DNA of 31,900 bases, from NCBI GenBank assembly GCA_052036055.1, contig JBPOHB010000024.1:1-31900 (forward strand). The letters run 5' to 3'. Each line of letters opens with the position of its first letter. The stretch's first letter is position 1. Below the pieces are notes generated by a model that made no database searches, was not told where the DNA came from, and saw nothing but the letters and a program-made list of their open reading frames with translations. Made by a program: the position numbers and the translations under genes. Source of the DNA: Bacillota bacterium (GTDB taxonomy: Bacteria; Bacillota; Clostridia; Saccharofermentanales; Saccharofermentanaceae). Positions 15,964 to 25,269 of this stretch are shown piece after piece.

Positions 15964-18036
15964 TCATCTTCCGCCCTGCATGCCGCCGTCACCTCTCGTT
16001 CCTCCACCATTGTCACCCATCGTATTTGCCGAGCTGCCAACAGTAGTGACCGTGCCGTCCACCGTAAATGTATCGACCTCCGTACCGCCTGAATACGTCC
16101 CGTCTTCATAGATTCCGTCTTCTTGCGTCCCATCAGAGGATCCTCCAACTGAGATCGAGTAGGTACTTCCCGATACCAGTTCGGATGTGCAGAGAACAAT
16201 ACTCTGATACTGTTTTGCAGGAGAATACGTCAAAATACGATTTCCATCTTCGTCTTCAATGCAACTCAAGGTGCCAGCTTCCGAAACACTATCCAGAGAA
16301 ATAGAGACACAATTGACGGTTGAAGAACTGCTTTCAGACTGCGCCATTCCGACGCTTCCGACGGCAACCAGATAACCGCCAGATACGACAAATTCTCCGG
16401 CATAATCAAGGGCTCCGTTTGCGGCGTTGGTCGGACCGCTGACGATGACGATACCATCCGTCATGTAAGCGGAGCCATTCGAATCCAAGCCATCACCCGT
16501 TGCATCGATTACGATATAGCCACCGTTAATATACAAATAATTGTCAGTATCTTCGGTAAATTCACCCTGATCGCCCATCGGACCTGTCTCAGATGAAGAA
16601 TCGTTGCCTCCGGCAACATTGACACCATCATCGCTTGATACGATATGAATCACGCCATCATTGATTGTGATGACAGATCCCTCAAGACCTTCGTATGACG
16701 TTTCTATAGCAATCTCTCCATCGTTTATGAGAAGTCCGGCGTCTGCATGCATACCGTCATCGCCGGAGGAAAGAGTAAACGTGCCTGCATCAATTTCAAT
16801 AGTATTGCCCGCATGAACAGTGTCGTCAGAAGAATCGACTATAAATGTACCGCCAGTTACAGAAAGATCCACGCCGGCCTTTAGGCCTTTAGCACTCACG
16901 GATGAATCCACCGTCCCCGTAACGGCGCTCGCATCACGGGTGTCCGTATTTGTGCCGGAGGAAGGAAGAGAAGGCACATCCGTATTAGCCTCGGCGTTGT
17001 CGGGAGGGGTGAAGTCAGTATCCGTTGAGGCGGTGGAATCTCCAGAGTCTGGGAGATCTGGTCTTGAATCCGTATTGTCAGTCGTATTCGGATCAATCGC
17101 ATCCGGACTTTGCATCTCGTTACCCGAAGAAACGGTCGTTTGGGTCGATGCACTTCCTCCACCTGATACAATCGTGAAGTCTCCGCCACTGATCAGAAGG
17201 TTGGTCTGTGCCTGGATACCATCAGAACCAGAAGTGATAGAGAAGTTTCCGCTCTCAATAATGATATATCCTTTTGTTGTATCTTCATCGTTATTGGACT
17301 GCATACCATCTCCGCTCGCGGTAATGGTTATGTCAGCATCCTTAATCGCAATGGAATCCCGACCGCGTATACCATCGCCGACAGAAGTAATATCATAGGA
17401 GCCACCCGTAATCTTCAGATCATCTTTGCTGACAATCCCGTGATTATAGTTCGCAAGAATTGTCAGAGAGCCATCTCCTGTGAGAGTCAGATCTGATTTG
17501 CAGAAAATGGTCGCATCTGGTTCACCTTCTTCTTCGTCAGCCAAGACATAGTCTGTGCCGTCAGACAGGGAATTCTCGGTATCGTCGGCAAGAATAATGA
17601 TCACTTTCTCTGCATTTTCAACAAAAATAGCCGAGCTATCGGAGCAGCTTATGTCTGCATCCTGCAATACGATACGTACGGACGCCGAATCCGTAGTATC
17701 AACGTATATCTGTCCGTCATTCAGCGTGCCGGAAAACACATAGGTTCCTCCTGCAGTGATTGTAATAATCGAATCACTTATTGATACGCCATCTGCGTCA
17801 CAGCTGGCTGTGTCTCCATCAAGGGACACCTCAGTATAGCTTCCATCCTGCCATGCCGAATCGGTATCTTCGTCAGTGAAATCAGCCGTCATATCGCCTG
17901 CGGAACTGACAATATCCGTACCCGTCGTCTCGACAGAAGATGAACTCTTTGCGCAAGACGTAAGTAGTGTCGCGCAGAAAAGTAGTAGAAAGAGTGTGGA
18001 AACAATGCGTTTGCATTCAATTTTTCGTCTGTTCAC
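15964..18036 (-). CDS. DUF4353 / Cthe_2159-like carbohydrate-binding beta-helix lipoprotein (690 aa)
   Basis: GTG start at 18036 with GAGGAG SD; LTSC lipobox; repeated I-x-GG-x-x-x-I-x-x-x-x-DG beta-helix turns; GDGLDSNG and ALDY motifs; strongly acidic. Confidence 0.85.
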   Translation of the reverse strand: MNRRKIECKRIVSTLFLLLFCATLLTSCAKSSSSVETTGTDIVSSAGDMTADFTDEDTDSAWQDGSYTEVSLDGDTASCDADGVSISDSIITITAGGTYVFSGTLNDGQIYVDTTDSASVRIVLQDADISCSDSSAIFVENAEKVIIILADDTENSLSDGTDYVLADEEEGEPDATIFCKSDLTLTGDGSLTILANYNHGIVSKDDLKITGGSYDITSVGDGIRGRDSIAIKDADITITASGDGMQSNNDEDTTKGYIIIESGNFSITSGSDGIQAQTNLLISGGDFTIVSGGGSASTQTTVSSGNEMQSPDAIDPNTTDNTDSRPDLPDSGDSTASTDTDFTPPDNAEANTDVPSLPSSGTNTDTRDASAVTGTVDSSVSAKGLKAGVDLSVTGGTFIVDSSDDTVHAGNTIEIDAGTFTLSSGDDGMHADAGLLINDGEIAIETSYEGLEGSVITINDGVIHIVSSDDGVNVAGGNDSSSETGPMGDQGEFTEDTDNYLYINGGYIVIDATGDGLDSNGSAYMTDGIVIVSGPTNAANGALDYAGEFVVSGGYLVAVGSVGMAQSESSSSTVNCVSISLDSVSEAGTLSCIEDEDGNRILTYSPAKQYQSIVLCTSELVSGSTYSISVGGSSDGTQEDGIYEDGTYSGGTEVDTFTVDGTVTTVGSSANTMGDNGGGTRGDGGMQGGR

Positions 18037-18237
18037 GTTATTCTCCTCATGTGAAAGGTCCTGTATGTTTCTCTTACATCTCACATTATGACAAATTTTA
18101 CATCGATTTAACGTGAAAAAGGCAGCAAAAGATAGGCTATATTGTGGAAGGTGTGAAAAATCATAGAAATGCCCGTTTCTCACAGGTAAATGAGCAGGAG
18201 TTTCCGCTTCTTCTGCAAGCAGGCTTTGCCGGCATCC

Positions 18238-18266
18238 TTGACAGAATGGCGATTGCAGACGATAAT
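18238..18266 (+). promoter_or_regulatory. sigma-A promoter of tRNA-Ala
   Basis: TTGACA(18238-18243)-17 nt-GATAAT(18261-18266), 14 nt before the tRNA. Confidence 0.75.
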
Positions 18267-18280
18267 AGCAATGTTGATTT

Positions 18281-18356
18281 GGGGCATTAGCTCAGTTGGG
18301 AGAGCGCTTGCTTCGCATGTAAGAGGTCGTGGGTTCGACTCCCATATGCTCCACCA
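18281..18356 (+). tRNA. tRNA-Ala (anticodon CGC)
   Basis: 76 nt cloverleaf: GGGGCAT/ATGCTCC acceptor stem with G3:U70 Ala determinant, CTTGC-TTCGCAT-GTAAG anticodon arm, GGTTCGACT T-loop, encoded CCA. Confidence 0.98.
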
Positions 18357-18370
18357 AACAATTTATCGAG

Positions 18371-18410
18371 ACAAGTCAAGTGTAGAATTGCACTCGACTT
18401 GTTTTCTTTT
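18371..18410 (+). terminator. Terminator after tRNA-Ala
   Basis: ACAAGTC-A-AGTG...CACT-C-GACTTGT followed by TTTCTTTT. Confidence 0.75.
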
Positions 18411-18507
18411 ATTTTCGGGAAAATCCATGTGATATGATAGACTCATGAAGTGAGTATTCTTTGATTCATTATCTTTGTGGGTTGGAAAATGAAATATAAC
18501 ACATATA

Positions 18508-18541
18508 AAAGAGCGGATGCATGTACATCCGCTCTTTCTTT
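18508..18541. terminator. Terminator downstream of aspS (bidirectional shape)
   Basis: AAAGAGCGGATG-catgta-CATCCGCTCTTT 12-bp inverted repeat with A/T tails. Confidence 0.8.
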
Positions 18542-18642
18542 AGGTAATCCGACAGCATGTATTTATACTGGCAAAGACAGTTTGTCTGATGAGGAAATGC
18601 TAAATATTGCGAAGTAGCATAAAAGTTTTGCCTCTGAAAACG

Positions 18643-20406
18643 TTAGTCTTTATTTGCCAAGTTGATGCTGATATGAATGTCATCAAGTTGTTTCTGACTG
18701 ACTTCGGCCGGGGCACCCATCATAATGTCCTGCGCTTGTTTATTCATGGGGAAGGGGATGACTTCACGGATGCTGTCTTCGCCTGCAAGAAGCATGACCA
18801 TTCTGTCGACACCGGGGGCGATACCCGCATGGGGCGGCGCGCCGTAGCAGAAGGCACTATACATGGCGGAAAATTTGCTCTTGACATCCTCTTCGCTAAG
18901 CCGCGCGATATGGAATGCTTTTACCATGATTTCTGGATCATGATTTCGCACGGCTCCAGAAGATAATTCGATCCCGTTACATACAAGGTCGTACTGATAG
19001 GCAAGGATATCGAGGGGAGAAAGGTTTTCGAGTGCCTGTTTACCGCCTTGTGGCATAGAAAAGGGGTTGTGGCAGAATTCAATTTCGCCGGATTCTTCTC
19101 CCATCTCATACATCGGGAAGTCAACGATCCAACAGAATTGGTAACTTTCTTTATCAAAATGCCCTTGCGCCAGTTGCCCGAGCATTTTTCTGAATATGCC
19201 TGCGGTCTTCTGGGCAATCGGCTTCTTGCCAGCTGTGACGCCAACAAAATCGCCCGCGCGTAAGTGAAGGGCATCGCGAATCTCTTCTTTCCGGCTCCCG
19301 AGAAATTTGGCGATTCCACCGATGTAGTCGCCGTTTTCGTCTACGCGAAACCAATAGGCTTTGTTCCCGGATTCAACCTCGATGTCGGCGCAAAGTTTGT
19401 CGATTTCTTTTCGCGTTGCCGTATAGTTGTCTGTTACGACAGCCTTTATCGTTGCATCCTGAAAAGGAGGAAATTCGCACGAAGAGAATAGATCGGTCAC
19501 ATCTTGGATCAGCAGGTCAATTCGAAGATCAGGTTTGTCTGTACCGTATTTCTCGAGGGATTCCAAGTAGGGAATGCGCGTGAAAGGGGCGGCAGACGCA
19601 CGGCTATACTTGCCGTATTTCTCAAACACAGGAGGCAACACCGTCTCGATGACGCTAAATACATCTTCTTGGGATGCGAAAGCCATTTCCATATCAAGCT
19701 GATAGAATTCGCCCGGCGAGCGGTCGGCGCGTGCGTCTTCATCTCGGAAGCAAGGAGCGATCTGGAAATACCGGTCAAAGCCAGAGGCCATCAGGATCTG
19801 CTTGAATTGTTGCGGTGCTTGCGGTAATGCGTAAAACTTGCCCGGATGGTTTCTGGATGGGACGAGATAGTCTCTTGCCCCTTCGGGAGAAGAGCATGTC
19901 AGGATCGGCGTCGTGATTTCTACGAAATTCAGATCATTCATTCGCTGCCTTAACTCAGTAACGATGCGGCTGCGAAGTAGGATTTTGTCTTTGACTTCAG
20001 GATTACGAAGATCAAGATAACGATAGCGCAGTCTTGTGTTCTCGTCGGCTTCTTTGGACATTCGGATTTCGAACGGCAAAGCATTATGAATGCATCGTCC
20101 CAGAATCTCAATTCTACTTGGAACGACTTCGATCTCGCCTGTGGGAAGGGTCAAATTCTTGCTTGATCGCTCTCGGACGACACCTTCAATCAGAAGGGTT
20201 GACTCCTTGTTCACATCGTCTAGTACGCCCATCATGTCTTCTGTCTCAATGACAATTTGTGTTACTCCATAGAAATCGCGCAAGACGAGGAATCCCAGAT
20301 TCCTGCTGATCTTTCGTATATTGTCGTACCAGCCCACAACGATGACGTTCTTTCCAATGTCCGACATACGTAAATCATTACAGGTATTTGTTCTTGACTG
20401 TATCAT
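18643..20406 (-). CDS. aspS: Aspartate--tRNA ligase (587 aa)
   Basis: LRYRYLDLR, ETP-like EITTPIL, PEGARDY, FYALPQAPQQFKQ, FRDED, EFYQLD-x-E, PPHAGIAPG-x-DR, VIPFP; start reassigned to ATG 20406 (GAGG SD). Confidence 0.97.
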   Translation of the reverse strand: MIQSRTNTCNDLRMSDIGKNVIVVGWYDNIRKISRNLGFLVLRDFYGVTQIVIETEDMMGVLDDVNKESTLLIEGVVRERSSKNLTLPTGEIEVVPSRIEILGRCIHNALPFEIRMSKEADENTRLRYRYLDLRNPEVKDKILLRSRIVTELRQRMNDLNFVEITTPILTCSSPEGARDYLVPSRNHPGKFYALPQAPQQFKQILMASGFDRYFQIAPCFRDEDARADRSPGEFYQLDMEMAFASQEDVFSVIETVLPPVFEKYGKYSRASAAPFTRIPYLESLEKYGTDKPDLRIDLLIQDVTDLFSSCEFPPFQDATIKAVVTDNYTATRKEIDKLCADIEVESGNKAYWFRVDENGDYIGGIAKFLGSRKEEIRDALHLRAGDFVGVTAGKKPIAQKTAGIFRKMLGQLAQGHFDKESYQFCWIVDFPMYEMGEESGEIEFCHNPFSMPQGGKQALENLSPLDILAYQYDLVCNGIELSSGAVRNHDPEIMVKAFHIARLSEEDVKSKFSAMYSAFCYGAPPHAGIAPGVDRMVMLLAGEDSIREVIPFPMNKQAQDIMMGAPAEVSQKQLDDIHISINLANKD

Positions 20407-20462
20407 TATGCTAACCTCATTTTCACCGATAAAGCTCGTATTTTCATTATTCACAAGTGAAA

Positions 20463-20491
20463 ATTATAACATTGCTCAGAATTCGCGGCAA
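20463..20491 (-). promoter_or_regulatory. sigma-A promoter of aspS
   Basis: Minus strand TTGCCG-17 nt-TATAAT with extended TGn. Confidence 0.7.
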
Positions 20492-20665
20492 GCTCGCAAG
20501 GCACATTTCTGAAGAAAGATGATGACAAAGAACGTGCATCTGATACGTATTTGCCGCACACTTTCCTGGTAATAAGTTGTTAATTTTGCGATGTCATAAT
20601 TATGTTATGAGTATAAGTGACGATTGTGCCGTGCGGTTGCAAGGAAATGTTGGGGGTAACGTAAG

Positions 20666-23600
20666 ATGAAGAGAAGCAGCAAATTTTTTTCAAGTATTCT
20701 GGTCTTGACCATTCTATTGACCGCCATTCCGATTGCGCCGATTTTCGCAGCTGGAGAGCCGAGCATTTCGCTTGGTAGTTCGTCCCTTGCAAGCGGGAAA
20801 TACTCCTATCCGAATGCTACCATTAGCGGAGAAAATATCCGTACCATTTTGATCAGTTTTTCGGATAGTGTGACATCGGGGGATGCCATTATTCTTCCAA
20901 GTACCACCCCAAGTGGCTTTTCCGTCTCACAAACCTCCTCAAGCAATGCATATGCCAAGAGGATTAATCTTGCGGAAAATACTCCAGCAAGCACGATTGC
21001 CGAATATGTGCGTGGAATAACCTTCTCGATTGAGAGCGCCACGCAATCACTCTCCATTACGGTTACAACAGAAAATATTACAAATGATACTTTCTACAAT
21101 AGCGATACAGGGCACTATTATCAGTACATTGCAGACACATCAAGTAACTGGACTTCGGCATACGATGCGGCCAAGGCAATGACCTATATGGGGCGAACGG
21201 GCTATCTTGCAACGATTATGAGTGCGGATGAAGATCAATATGTCAACTCACTCTCCGGAGGGAAAACGGGGTGGCTTGGCGGAACACTACTTAGCAATAC
21301 GGGTACGACTGCCGGCTCTTTGTATTACAACGGTTTTGACACGAGTTCAGTTGTTTCGACAGGTTGGTACTGGGCATGCGGACCGGAGAAGGGGACAACA
21401 TTCTATAGTTCCAATAGTTTATACCCAAATGCCAATGCGGGAAATGCAAGTACGGTGGATGCGGCAAACACGACATATTATTACAACTGGGCACGTGGGA
21501 CAGTATCCTATGAACCGAATAATATGACATTATACGAGTCGAGTACGGGAAATGATTATGAGGCATGCCTGACGACTCTCGTCATATCAGGCAATACGGG
21601 GAAGCATGGGACAAGCTTCTCTTGGAATGATAAAAGATATGATACGCCTGGAACGGGGATGTGGGATGCACAAGGATATTTCGTCGAATACGGAAATCAA
21701 TTGAATGGCGATAGCGGAAGTGCAAGTACGGCATTTTCTACAGCTTCAACCACATTAAGGAAACCGTCTGCTGCTATTTCTTTAACGACAGTGTCATGGT
21801 CGGGAGCTACGACATACAAATGTGGTGTGAGCCTTCCAGCAACATCTAAGATGGTGACAATCTCTGTGGACAGTGGATATTTTACGATTCCGTCTTTGGG
21901 GAGCGCACTCACATTTTTGGGCGGCACGAGCGGTACGAGCTATGTAAGTTCGTATCATGCGAATACGCAATTCAACAGCGCCGTCTTTTCCTTTTCGGAT
22001 TATGCCGGGGCAGCTACACTTCTTGGGAATATTGTTTATTCGTTAAGTGGTACGACACCGCAGACGATTTCAGCGACGTCCAGCACAATATCGCCGCTTG
22101 CAGGGGATATCTATTTCGAGGGCCATTACTATCGGTATGTTGATTCGGGGACAGCCTCAATCAGTTGGCCATCTTCGGTTCTTGCAGCAGGGGCGACGGA
22201 CGACCCGTATTTTGGAGGTCGGGGATACATTGCAACCGCGACGTCACAAGCCGAAAACTCGATTCTACTTCGTCTGGTGGAAAATGGAGTCGGAGGAAGC
22301 GATCACTGGGATGACGCATGGATGGGTGGTATGTGGCAGAGAAACACGGGAACGCTTGCGTCTCCGACGATTATCCGAGGGGCAGACGGGAATGAGATAA
22401 CCTATGAGGACCTCTATCAATGTACGAATCTGTCAACAATTCTGAAGGACTATTCGGATACCTTTGCGGATTTTAATGCCAGCAACGCGAGCACATACAT
22501 ATATTCTAATCCTAATACGGTTCGATATTATTGGGTTGACGGTCCAGAAGCAGGACAGGAAATCGCAAACAACACATCCGATTTCGCGCCTTGGCATGCT
22601 TCGTCTGGGACGCAAGATGAACCCAATGCGGGTGATTTTGTCTATATTGGCTGGCAGGGGGCCTACTGGGACGATTTGAGTGCAGATAGCAGTTTTTCGA
22701 AATTAAGTGGCTATATAGTCGAGTTTTCCTGTTTTGACGGAGGGTCGGACGCTGGCATCATCATGCAGGATAATAAAACAACGACTGCATATACAGCAAC
22801 AATCAACACGAGGATTAACGCGGCGGCGGCCGCCGCTCCTGGCTCAGTTGAGCTTAGGCAGAGTGGAAGCTCGGCGATTACGATGTCGCTGAGTTCGACG
22901 GGTGTATATACGAAGAATGTGCACGCGGGCACTTATGATGTCTATATTAACGGGGAAGATACGGGTAAGGACATTGCGATTACGAACGCAAGCGCCGCAG
23001 TTACTGTGGATTACTACATCGTATCCTATTCGGTTAGTGATGCCGGCGAGGCCTCTGGAAGCACGATTTCTGCAACAGCTGGCGGAACTTCCTTTTCAAG
23101 CGGATCGGCCATTCTTGCCGGGAAGGAAATTGTCATAACCGCGGCTGGCGCGGGCGCGACACAATATGCGTATTCGTGGTCCGGCACGGGGATAGATGGT
23201 GGATCGGTGTCTTCGGTTACGGTATCCTCGTTGGGAGCGGCCGTCAACGCACATTTTACGGTTACGGGAACGATCTATTATTCGGCGACAGTCTACACCA
23301 AGATTGATGGGATACAGTCGGATATTGAAGGAACGGTCGAGCTGAGAAAGGGCGCAATTTGTTCGGAAGCAGTCGATTCCGGGACGGGCGTATATCGTTC
23401 ATCCGTTCAGACGGGCACGTATGATGTTTATATTGACGGGCACGATACAGGGACAAATATCTACGTTTTAGGGACAGGAAGTAACGCGGTTGTGAATTAT
23501 TACACAGTCTCTTTTTCCGTTACCAATGAGAAGGATGCCTCTGGATCAACCATTTCCGCGACGGCTGATGGTGTGGCAATTACGAGCGGCGTGCCGGTAC

Positions 23601-24982
23601 TAGCCGGGAAAACAATTCAGATTACCGCCTTGGGTGCAGGCGCAACCGTATACGAGTATGCTTGGTCACAAGAATCGGGAAATACGGCTTCGACGGCATC
23701 TATCTCTTCTCTGGATCATCATCTGAATGCGATCTGTACGGTTACGGGCACTCGCATCTATACGCCAATCGTCACGTTTGATGCAGAAGGAGGCAGTGTG
23801 TCAATTTCTTCACAGATCAAACAATTCGGCTGCGTATACGGAAAGGGCTCAGACGGGACGACGGTGGAATCGCTTCCCATTCCTGTAAGAGAGGGATACA
23901 CCTTTTCAGGTTGGTGGACTGGTTATAATGGGACTGGCATACTTGCTACAGAAAATACGAGCGTTAGCTCTGCAAGTGACCATACTCTATATGCAAAATG
24001 GACGCCCGTGACGATTGTGGCTACACCGACTGCTACACCGACTGCGAAACCGACAGTAGAGTCGACAGTAGAGCCGACAGTAGAGCCGACAGTAGAGCCG
24101 ACAGTAGCGGCGCCGACAGCCCAGCCGACAACCTTACCGTTGCAGCGGACCGCAAGCATTATGTCAGGTGGAATAACATGCAGTATCAACATGAATAGAA
24201 CAACAAGCGAAGATGGATCTGTTGTTGATCAAGCCATACTTACGACGGATGCGATGCAGGCATTACTTGATCAAGGAACGGCATCTGATGAAATTGCTAT
24301 AAGGATTTCCAAGGATGAAAGCGATCCAGCAGACGTGTACACATTTGATATTCCTTCGGGTGTACTCTTTGCCATTGTATCATCTGGTCGAAATACGGTA
24401 TTGGATTCTCCTTTTGGAAGTGTGACTCTTTCAGAAGAGAGTATGCGTCTAGCTGCGGAGAATAATACGCCTTTATCTCTTTCGCTTATGGCGGGAAAAG
24501 CTGCTAGTAGCGACGAAGTATTCTCAACGCTTCAGAACATGACGGGAAAAGTACTTGGGACGCCAAAACTCATCAAGACCAACATCGACTCTTTGCCACT
24601 TTGTGTTACGCTGCCTTTAGATGGATTCAGTGAGGAAGAGCTCGCCGATGAAGCCTTTCTTTCTAGTGTCTATGTCTATGTAACATATGAAGACAGCAAG
24701 ACGGCTGTACTATCGGGTACGATTGTATATACAGATGGGGTTCCGACGGGTATTAGCTTTGAAATGAATCAATCCGGAAGCTATCAGATTATCAGTGCGG
24801 TTCATGCAGATCCGATCAATCAGAAGAGAGAATCGGCAGGAAATGGGAACACAACGATTTGGATCTTAGGCATTTCCGGCGGAATCCTTCTTCTTGGCTT
24901 TTTCTTCCTGATTCTCCTCTTCAAAAAGAGAAAGGAGAAGGATGAAGAGAAACAGGGTTCGCAGAATCTTCTAAATCTATAG
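20666..24982 (+). CDS. Large cell-surface protein (1438 aa): signal peptide, two C-type-lectin-like domains, two Ig-like repeats, InlB B-repeat (Flg_new), P/T-rich stalk, C-terminal TM anchor
   Basis: N-terminal signal; GHYY...W...GY(L/I)AT..S..E twice, each with EPN and WND/WDD; ~165-aa tandem repeat (GTYDVYI-x-G-x-DTG...SGSTISATA); VTFDAEGG...P..EGYTFSGWW...TLYAKW; hydrophobic helix followed by KKRKEK. Confidence 0.9.
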   Translation: MKRSSKFFSSILVLTILLTAIPIAPIFAAGEPSISLGSSSLASGKYSYPNATISGENIRTILISFSDSVTSGDAIILPSTTPSGFSVSQTSSSNAYAKRINLAENTPASTIAEYVRGITFSIESATQSLSITVTTENITNDTFYNSDTGHYYQYIADTSSNWTSAYDAAKAMTYMGRTGYLATIMSADEDQYVNSLSGGKTGWLGGTLLSNTGTTAGSLYYNGFDTSSVVSTGWYWACGPEKGTTFYSSNSLYPNANAGNASTVDAANTTYYYNWARGTVSYEPNNMTLYESSTGNDYEACLTTLVISGNTGKHGTSFSWNDKRYDTPGTGMWDAQGYFVEYGNQLNGDSGSASTAFSTASTTLRKPSAAISLTTVSWSGATTYKCGVSLPATSKMVTISVDSGYFTIPSLGSALTFLGGTSGTSYVSSYHANTQFNSAVFSFSDYAGAATLLGNIVYSLSGTTPQTISATSSTISPLAGDIYFEGHYYRYVDSGTASISWPSSVLAAGATDDPYFGGRGYIATATSQAENSILLRLVENGVGGSDHWDDAWMGGMWQRNTGTLASPTIIRGADGNEITYEDLYQCTNLSTILKDYSDTFADFNASNASTYIYSNPNTVRYYWVDGPEAGQEIANNTSDFAPWHASSGTQDEPNAGDFVYIGWQGAYWDDLSADSSFSKLSGYIVEFSCFDGGSDAGIIMQDNKTTTAYTATINTRINAAAAAAPGSVELRQSGSSAITMSLSSTGVYTKNVHAGTYDVYINGEDTGKDIAITNASAAVTVDYYIVSYSVSDAGEASGSTISATAGGTSFSSGSAILAGKEIVITAAGAGATQYAYSWSGTGIDGGSVSSVTVSSLGAAVNAHFTVTGTIYYSATVYTKIDGIQSDIEGTVELRKGAICSEAVDSGTGVYRSSVQTGTYDVYIDGHDTGTNIYVLGTGSNAVVNYYTVSFSVTNEKDASGSTISATADGVAITSGVPVLAGKTIQITALGAGATVYEYAWSQESGNTASTASISSLDHHLNAICTVTGTRIYTPIVTFDAEGGSVSISSQIKQFGCVYGKGSDGTTVESLPIPVREGYTFSGWWTGYNGTGILATENTSVSSASDHTLYAKWTPVTIVATPTATPTAKPTVESTVEPTVEPTVEPTVAAPTAQPTTLPLQRTASIMSGGITCSINMNRTTSEDGSVVDQAILTTDAMQALLDQGTASDEIAIRISKDESDPADVYTFDIPSGVLFAIVSSGRNTVLDSPFGSVTLSEESMRLAAENNTPLSLSLMAGKAASSDEVFSTLQNMTGKVLGTPKLIKTNIDSLPLCVTLPLDGFSEEELADEAFLSSVYVYVTYEDSKTAVLSGTIVYTDGVPTGISFEMNQSGSYQIISAVHADPINQKRESAGNGNTTIWILGISGGILLLGFFFLILLFKKRKEKDEEKQGSQNLLNL
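24020..24132 (+). repeat. In-frame 12-bp tandem repeat encoding a P-T-V-E / A-T-P-T stalk
   Basis: GCTACACCGACT x2, then near-identical GTAGAG(C/T)CGACA x4 and degenerate flanking units. Confidence 0.9.
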
Positions 24983-25012
24983 TCGATATCCGGGAAAGAA
25001 AAGACAGATGAA

Positions 25013-25046
25013 AAAGCCCCCGAAACCGTTAGGTTTCGGGGGCTTT
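25013..25046. terminator. Bidirectional terminator
   Basis: AAAGCCCCCGAAACC-gtta-GGTTTCGGGGGCTTT, a perfect 15-bp stem between convergent genes. Confidence 0.9.
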
Positions 25047-25086
25047 GCACTTCAAAAGGAATTACCTTATCGAAGAATTCAGATGA

Positions 25087-25269
25087 TTACCATCTGCTGT
25101 TGTCACCGTATGAACGGTCGTTGTTGCGCTGTTGCTTTCTTGCACGACGGCAATCAGGGCAGCGAACAGGTTCATTTGTGAAACCCTTCTCAGCGTAGAA
25201 AGCCTGCTCACCCTCAGTGAAAACAAACTCTGCGCCACAATCCTTACATGTCAATGTCTTATCTGGCAT
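25087..25269 (-). CDS. Small zinc-ribbon domain protein (60 aa)
   Basis: MPDKTLTCKDCGAEFVFTEGEQAFYAEKGFTNEPVRCPDCR, a typical Firmicute CxxC...CxxC zinc ribbon with a basic tail; AAGGTGG SD. Confidence 0.92.
   Translation of the reverse strand: MPDKTLTCKDCGAEFVFTEGEQAFYAEKGFTNEPVRCPDCRRARKQQRNNDRSYGDNSRW

Noticed and set aside
16820-17398. 192-aa plus-strand ORF (and similar ORFs opposite eno, aspS and znuC)
   Set aside because: Antisense open frames produced by codon bias of the real minus-strand genes.
18037-18183. ORF-track 739-aa start for the DUF4353 lipoprotein
   Set aside because: The extension covers promoter-like AT-rich DNA and would bury the signal peptide; GTG 18036 has a GAGGAG SD.
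18190-18432. 80-aa ORF spanning the tRNA
   Set aside because: Spurious; it overlaps a canonical tRNA with its own promoter and terminator.
18281-18640. tRNA-Ala as an integration site for an island
   Set aside because: I saw no duplicated tRNA 3' end, integrase or foreign cargo; the tRNA is followed by its terminator and the aspS terminator.
24020-24132. Tandem repeat as a possible CRISPR array
   Set aside because: The units are 12 bp with no spacers, lie in frame within a CDS, and no cas genes are nearby.
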